A DNA stretch of 64,000 bases. Origin: Acidobacteriota bacterium (GTDB lineage Bacteria; Actinomycetota; Acidimicrobiia; Spongiisociales; UBA5794). Below are positions 58,595-64,000 of the stretch, one piece after another. Where the stretch lies: NCBI GenBank assembly GCA_022562055.1, contig JADFQA010000007.1, positions 3,680 through 67,679 of the forward strand, in the 5' to 3' direction. The first letter of the stretch is position 1. Each line of letters opens with the position of its first letter. The notes below the pieces were generated by a model. The model was not told where the DNA came from, made no database searches, and was given only the letters and a program-made list of their open reading frames with translations. The position numbers were made by a program, and so were the translations under genes.

Positions 58595-61533
58595 GCGAAC
58601 GACTCGACCCCCTCGGGAAACTCTGGGCACACGAGGCGTACGGGACAGCTTTCGCATTTCGGGCCGGGTGTTGGCGGAAACTCGTGTGCTGCAATACCCG
58701 CGGTGATGCGGCGCAGTTCTTCTTCGACAGCGTCGAGCTGGTTGGGCTCGAATGTTCTGACCGCAAACGAGCTTGCGAGCTCTTTGGATGGGTACCAAAA
58801 CTCGCCGCCTACCGATTCGTCGATCGCGAGGAGGCGTTCGTTGTTGCGTGAAGCAAGCATGTAGAAACCGAGTTGAAGCGAGATTGCAGCCTCGGCCTTG
58901 GTCGGGAGGTTCTTCGTCGTTTTGTAGTCAACGACGCGGAGGCCGTCAGGCGTGCGATCAATGCGGTCCGCGATGCCGGTCCATCTCACGCCATCGATGT
59001 CGAGTTCGAGACGCTGTTCGAGGCCGACGGGTTTCTTGTCGAACATGTTGTACTTGTAAAGGCGAGTGAGCGTTTCGACCGCTCGGTTGTGCCAGCTTTT
59101 CGCATACGGTTCGCCGGAGAAGTCGTTCGGATCGAATAACTTGTCGAGGTGTTCAAGAGCCTCGTCGAGGCTTGATGCTCGTGCGTGGTTGTCCCAGGCT
59201 GACCGTTCAACATCCTCAAAGATCTTGTGGATGAGGCTCCCGAACGTCGCTGCTGTGGTGGAGTCGGGACCGATGTGCAACTTTCGCTCGAGAACGTAGC
59301 GCCGCGGGCAGGTCGCGTACGACTCCCCTTGAGAGGGAGAGAGTCTGAGCGGCAGCGGGACGACGCCGAGATCGGTTCCCCGGGTGCGCATGCCTGCAAA
59401 CTCAGCGACGGGTCGCAGACCCCAGCGACTGCCTTGTGCCAAGAGCGACATTGCGGCGCGGCGTTCCGTTTCTGCAAGCGCAGGATCGGCGGTTTTGCGT
59501 CTCAACCACGCCTCGGCTTCGGTCGGGGTTATCGGCATTCGGTCTTGAGGTCCGAATATGTTGGCCTCGATGACCGGTGTTTCACCGGCGACGACCGGGA
59601 GGAATCTCGACGGCATGCCGGCTCCGAGAGAGCCACCTGTTGATGTAGCGGTCCAGATGACTGCATTACGTGCTCTTGTCATCGCGGTGTACGCAAGGCG
59701 ACGCTCTTCTTCAAGCCTGAACAGGCGATAGTTCGCGCTGTCGGTTGGCACATGCGCAAGCAGATGCCGGACACCCAGGTACGAGTCACCGGGTCGCAGG
59801 TCGGGGAACACACCTTCGACCGCGTCGGCGATAAATACGACGTCGAATTCGAGTCCCTTCGATTGGTGCAACGTAGAGATAACGACGCGATCTTGCATGG
59901 GCGCTCGATAGGAGAGCAGTGGTTGCGCCTCGAAGTCTTCGCTGTCGACGAGCGTTTGGTACTCCCGCAGCGTCGCCTCTGGATCGCGCTCATTCCATCG
60001 GCTGAGGACCTGTGAGAAGGAGGCCCAGGCCGCCCGCTCCTCCGCTCGCCCGGGGTCGTTTACGAGTTGTTTGATTGATGGAAGCCTCGACCAGATGTGC
60101 CAGAGCCCGTCTACGGCCGGCATCTCGGATGCCCAGGAGGCGTTGGAGAGTAGCTCTGCAAGCGCGTCGCCATCGGGTACACGACCGGCCAGGACGCCTG
60201 CAAGGGGTGTTGCTGTTGCTCTTGCGCTCGTCTCGATCTCGCGAACCTCGCCGACGGTTGCCCCGACCATCGGGCCCAGCAAGATGCGTCGAATCGCTTG
60301 ACGGTTTTCCGCAGTCTCCTCGGTGTCGGAGATCGCGGTAATGAGGTCGAGTACGAATCTCACCGCGGGCTGATCGGTAAGCCGACTGTCGGGGACGTCG
60401 TGGGCGAGCCCACGACGTTGAAGAGCGCGTGAGAGCTCGTTCAGGAACCTTTGTTTCGATCGGACGAACACTCCGATTCGCGACAGCGGGACATTCTGCT
60501 CAAGATGGAGCCGGTGGATTTCTTGGCCAATCCACTCAGCCTCCTGAGTCTTCTGGCCGAATATGAGGCACTCAACGCGTCCACCCTCTCGTGCGGGGAT
60601 GACGCTCCCAGGCGCACCTGGATCCTCCGGCGATATCACCCTCTGCGCAGCGGCAAGAACGTTTGCGGAAACGCGGAACGACGTAGTCAATGTGTGTCGC
60701 ACCGTTGGGCCGGGGAAGTCCTCTTCAAACGATGACACATGTTGTGGCGTTGCACCGCGGAACGAGAAGATCGATTGGAAGGGATCGGCAACAACCGTCA
60801 AATTACGCGTGCCGGCTGTCAGCGCTTGCAGCAATCCGACTTGAGATCTCGTCGTGTCTTGATACTCGTCGACGAGCACATAATCTACCAGCGGATCGTT
60901 CTGAGGACCGCTGTTGAGGATCGCTACTGCACCGGAAATGACCATTGCGTAGTCGATCCGGCCGGTTGCGATTACTCGCTGTTGATAACGCCGCAAGAAG
61001 GCGGGCAGGGGTCGCCAATCGGGACGGTCTGCTGCCAGATGTTCAATGTCGTCGGCGTCGAGGAGTTGTTCCGTTGCGCGCAGGGCAAAGTCGGTGATTT
61101 CACGAGCAAAGGTCGGGGAGCGCAGCAGGCCTCTAACGAGGGTGGGCCAATCCTTCGGGTCTTCGGTGGCGAGAAGGTCGCGCACCATTGCGGTTTGCTC
61201 AGGACCCGTCAGGATCACCGGAGGATTGGGCCACCCCGCGGCATCTGGCCACCGTTCCACGATGCGAGCAGCCAAAGAGTGGTAGGTCGAGATGTCTAGG
61301 TTGCCGACCGAGTTGTCAAGGCGTGCGCGGATGCGTTGGGAGATGTCAGCTGCGCCACGTCGGGAAAAGCTCAAAATGAGAACTCTGTCGGGTGCGGCGT
61401 CCCCCGATTCGAGAAGATGAACGGCGCGCCGAACCAGGAACTCTGTCTTGCCGGTGCCGGGTCCACCAACAATGATCTGGGTACCACTGGAGTCGCCGAT
61501 GGCGTCGTTCCAATCTTGTGGTGCTAGATCCAT
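58591..61533 (-). CDS. adnA: AdnA subunit of the AdnAB helicase-nuclease
   Basis: Walker A GGPGTGKTE. UvrD-like helicase motifs. C-terminal nuclease domain (GIADRIDRT, VVDYKTTK) with CESCPVRLVC. Shorter than and upstream of adnB, as in mycobacterial adnA-adnB. Confidence 0.75.
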   Translation of the reverse strand: MDLAPQDWNDAIGDSSGTQIIVGGPGTGKTEFLVRRAVHLLESGDAAPDRVLILSFSRRGAADISQRIRARLDNSVGNLDISTYHSLAARIVERWPDAAGWPNPPVILTGPEQTAMVRDLLATEDPKDWPTLVRGLLRSPTFAREITDFALRATEQLLDADDIEHLAADRPDWRPLPAFLRRYQQRVIATGRIDYAMVISGAVAILNSGPQNDPLVDYVLVDEYQDTTRSQVGLLQALTAGTRNLTVVADPFQSIFSFRGATPQHVSSFEEDFPGPTVRHTLTTSFRVSANVLAAAQRVISPEDPGAPGSVIPAREGGRVECLIFGQKTQEAEWIGQEIHRLHLEQNVPLSRIGVFVRSKQRFLNELSRALQRRGLAHDVPDSRLTDQPAVRFVLDLITAISDTEETAENRQAIRRILLGPMVGATVGEVREIETSARATATPLAGVLAGRVPDGDALAELLSNASWASEMPAVDGLWHIWSRLPSIKQLVNDPGRAEERAAWASFSQVLSRWNERDPEATLREYQTLVDSEDFEAQPLLSYRAPMQDRVVISTLHQSKGLEFDVVFIADAVEGVFPDLRPGDSYLGVRHLLAHVPTDSANYRLFRLEEERRLAYTAMTRARNAVIWTATSTGGSLGAGMPSRFLPVVAGETPVIEANIFGPQDRMPITPTEAEAWLRRKTADPALAETERRAAMSLLAQGSRWGLRPVAEFAGMRTRGTDLGVVPLPLRLSPSQGESYATCPRRYVLERKLHIGPDSTTAATFGSLIHKIFEDVERSAWDNHARASSLDEALEHLDKLFDPNDFSGEPYAKSWHNRAVETLTRLYKYNMFDKKPVGLEQRLELDIDGVRWTGIADRIDRTPDGLRVVDYKTTKNLPTKAEAAISLQLGFYMLASRNNERLLAIDESVGGEFWYPSKELASSFAVRTFEPNQLDAVEEELRRITAGIAAHEFPPTPGPKCESCPVRLVCPEFPEGVESFA

Positions 61534-61658
61534 AAACCCGTTTCTGCTTTCGCAGTGCACGATAACGGGTGGGTGTGACGTGAACCGAGCATTGATTTCC
61601 TTCGTTCCCTGGCGAAGACTCACTAGGGTTCGTGCAACCGTCAGTATCGGAGGAGATG

Positions 61659-62942
61659 ATGGTGCTTTCATCGCAGGCCGGAGCAGTGACCGAGTGGGAT
61701 TCGCCCATGTTTCACGAGGCCGTCGATCAGTTCAACAGGGTTGCCGAGCTGATCAATCTCGAAACTAATATTCGCGAGCGCCTGTCGGTGCCTCAGCGGG
61801 CCCTGATCGTGTCGTTCCCGTTTCGCCGGGATGAATATGGCATTGTCGACACCGTACTCGGCTACCGGGTACAGCATCTCCTAACCATGGGACCGACCAA
61901 GGGTGGTATCCGATATTCCGAAGATGTCAACCTCGGAGAGGTCTCTGCGCTGGCGATGCTGATGACTTGGAAGTGCGGGATCGTCGGGTTGCCTTTCGGT
62001 GGCGCCAAGGGCGGAGTCCGTGTGAACCCGAGGGAGCTCAGCCGTGCTGAGAATCAGCGGCTAACGCGTCGTTACACCATGGAGATCATCAAGTTCATCG
62101 GCCCTAATCAAGACATCCCAGCCCCCGACATGGGGACTGACGAACACACCATGGGCTGGATTATGGACACCTACTCGACACACGTGGGTCACACCGAACC
62201 AGCCGTTGTCACCGGGAAACCGCCCGCCCTTGGAGGGTCGGTAGCAAGGCGAGAAGCGACTGGGCGTGGCCTGGTCAGCCTGATACCCCCCACCGCACAC
62301 CATGTGGGGATCAAGGTCGATGGTTCGCGTGTAGTTGTCCACGGATTCGGCAACGTCGGCCAGTATGCGGCCCTAGCCGTGACCGAACTCGGCGCCAAAG
62401 TGATCGCGGTCGCAGACATCACGGGTGCCATTCACAACGATTCTGGACTCGACATCGAGGCGTTGATGGCCCATGTCAAAGAGACCGGCGGGGTTGTGGA
62501 CTTCGCGGACTCTGACAAGATCGAGCCAGCGACGATTTTTGAACTTGAATGCGAATTCCTGATTCCGGCTGCGATCCAAGGTGTCATTACCGACGAGAAC
62601 GCTCCTCGTGTAAAAGCGAAAGTGATCCTTGAAGGCGCCAATGGCCCGACCACCAACGCTGCGGATGCAATCTTGCGCGAGATGGGTGTGTTCATAGTTC
62701 CCGACATCCTGGCCAATGCTGGCGGTGTGACAGTCTCGTATTTCGAATGGGTACAGGACTTGCAGAACTACTTCTGGTCGGAGTCCGAGATAGTCGCTCG
62801 TCTGCGCGAAATCATGAACCGCGCATTTAGTGAGGTGTTGGATATCTCGATTCGAGAAAAGGTTGACATGCGCACCGCGGCGTTGATAAAGGGCATTCGC
62901 AAGGTGACTGCCGCGAAACTCGCACGCGGCGTCTACCCATAG
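61659..62942 (+). CDS. gdhA: NADP-specific glutamate dehydrogenase
   Basis: Glu/Leu/Phe/Val dehydrogenase signature GLPFGGAKGGV and the NAD(P) Rossmann motif GFGNVG. GGAGGAG RBS. Confidence 0.9.
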   Translation: MVLSSQAGAVTEWDSPMFHEAVDQFNRVAELINLETNIRERLSVPQRALIVSFPFRRDEYGIVDTVLGYRVQHLLTMGPTKGGIRYSEDVNLGEVSALAMLMTWKCGIVGLPFGGAKGGVRVNPRELSRAENQRLTRRYTMEIIKFIGPNQDIPAPDMGTDEHTMGWIMDTYSTHVGHTEPAVVTGKPPALGGSVARREATGRGLVSLIPPTAHHVGIKVDGSRVVVHGFGNVGQYAALAVTELGAKVIAVADITGAIHNDSGLDIEALMAHVKETGGVVDFADSDKIEPATIFELECEFLIPAAIQGVITDENAPRVKAKVILEGANGPTTNAADAILREMGVFIVPDILANAGGVTVSYFEWVQDLQNYFWSESEIVARLREIMNRAFSEVLDISIREKVDMRTAALIKGIRKVTAAKLARGVYP

Positions 62943-62990
62943 TCGACCTGTGAATCGCAGCGCCCGACGAAACGGTCGAACTACGAGTTG

Positions 62991-63881
62991 TCAGGCCGGT
63001 TGGGGTTCCGTCTGCGTCTCTGCGTCTGACTGGGCTGGATCGGCGGTTGCGAAGGCTGGACAGATGTTCTGATATGAGCACCAGTCGCACAGACGCGAAA
63101 TCTTGGTGGGGAAGTCGCCTGTCTCGATGGCGCTGTTGATAGTGGTCCACAGCTCACGGAGTTGGATCTCCATGTCGTCGAGCTGCTCATCGTCGATCGG
63201 GATCTCATACACCGTCGGGCCGGTGAGGTAGATCAGCTTGAGCCGGTCGGGTGTGCGACCGGTGCGGTGGCGAATCAGCAACGCATAGATCGTGAGTCCA
63301 AAAAATGCCTCGGCCGAAAAACGCTTTGGCGGTGCCTTGCCGGTTTTGTAGTCGGTAATGACGAGACCGTTCTCCGTCTCTTCCATCCGGTCGAGGATGC
63401 CGCGGATCACGATGCCGCCGAGGTCCTCACGCATATCGAGTTCGCGGTCGAGAGGCTCCAACGTACGCGGATCTTCTACCGAGAAATAGTTGGCAAGCAC
63501 ATTGAGACTGTCGATGCCCCAGGCACGTTCGTCATCAACATTGTCAAACAGGTCGGGGTAGTCGTCCTTTCTCAGTTCGACCCATGCCTCGCGGAAGAGG
63601 TCGTACAACTTCTGCGGTTCTCGATCGGGACCAGGGAGGTCGAAAAGCCGCTGCAAGGCGAGGTGGGCTGTAGTGCCCCTCGCCTGATAGATGGTCGGCG
63701 GCGACTCGATGCGGTCGATCGACTTGAACTTGAACAGTTGCGGGCACTGCTTGAAATCACTCGCCCGGCTCGGCGACAACGTCTCAAGGAGTTGCGGCCC
63801 GGCGGCCCCTTTTTCGAAAGCGGCGGCGGAAGTCGGTTCGGCGGTGTCTTGCGGCGGCGGATCGTGAGGTGTTGGTTCCAT
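62991..63881 (-). CDS. Cas4/RecB-family PD-(D/E)XK exonuclease with predicted Fe-S cluster
   Basis: N-terminal Cys (FKQCPQLF), nuclease core (GIVIRGILDRME, VITDYKTGK), C-terminal CDWCSYQNIC. ATG at 63881. Confidence 0.7.
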   Translation of the reverse strand: MEPTPHDPPPQDTAEPTSAAAFEKGAAGPQLLETLSPSRASDFKQCPQLFKFKSIDRIESPPTIYQARGTTAHLALQRLFDLPGPDREPQKLYDLFREAWVELRKDDYPDLFDNVDDERAWGIDSLNVLANYFSVEDPRTLEPLDRELDMREDLGGIVIRGILDRMEETENGLVITDYKTGKAPPKRFSAEAFFGLTIYALLIRHRTGRTPDRLKLIYLTGPTVYEIPIDDEQLDDMEIQLRELWTTINSAIETGDFPTKISRLCDWCSYQNICPAFATADPAQSDAETQTEPQPA

Positions 63882-64000
63882 GGTTGGAACTATACGGCGC
63901 TCGTATGACAGGAACATTGCGTCGGAACTCGACTCGGGCTGTGGTCACGGCGACCTGGGTGGCTGCGTCACCAGTGGGACTGTCCGACGATTTGCATAAC

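Noticed and set aside
58591-58798. Track start of the adnB ORF lying 200 nt inside adnA
   Set aside because: An in-frame ATG at 58594 overlapping the adnA stop (ATGA) gives a Walker-A-proximal start consistent with UvrD-family N-termini. The extra N-terminal 68 aa are Arg-rich and not protein-like.
1-64000. tRNA, rRNA, CRISPR array, integrase/transposase/prophage genes
   Set aside because: No T-loop-like GTTCGAATCC-type motifs, no regularly spaced direct repeats and no recombinase-like ORFs were seen on reading. Absence cannot be proven without tRNAscan/Infernal/CRISPR finders.

Overview
High-GC actinobacterial chromosomal segment with no CRISPR array, tRNA, integrase or transposase visible by eye. 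Lineage markers present: mycothiol amidase Mca, F420 gene cofC/fbiD, the AdnAB helicase-nuclease pair, and RamB next to aceB-aceA. Recognisable genes include: an orphan MsiK-like sugar ABC ATPase with a textbook terminator; a glutamine-type amino-acid ABC operon; tetR translationally coupled to fused isobutyryl-CoA mutase icmF with a perfect 16-bp operator; pyruvate kinase; a VanW-PASTA protein; two Cas4/RecB-like Fe-S nucleases; a response regulator with a GAF histidine kinase; pruA; two tandem amidase_3 lipoproteins; a secreted SNase-LTD nuclease behind a Tat-DUF1501/DUF1800 pair; a PEBP protein; a PQQ sugar dehydrogenase; ribokinase plus nucleoside hydrolase; a CoA-transferase; a TrkA-USP fusion; dtd; and gdhA. 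The most unusual candidate is a three-gene translationally coupled operon: a P-loop GTPase with degenerate motifs (Walker A Lys replaced by Val, NKxD replaced by NMPTD), a canonical GTPase, and an MscS channel. Other notable loci are a lipoprotein/membrane-protein operon broken by three homopolymer-associated frameshifts, an ECF sigma carrying only region 2 overlapping a membrane protein, an aminotransferase gene remnant, and several strong inverted repeats in divergent promoter regions. All calls come from reading the translated ORFs and the DNA by eye; family names rest on remembered motifs and no searches were run.
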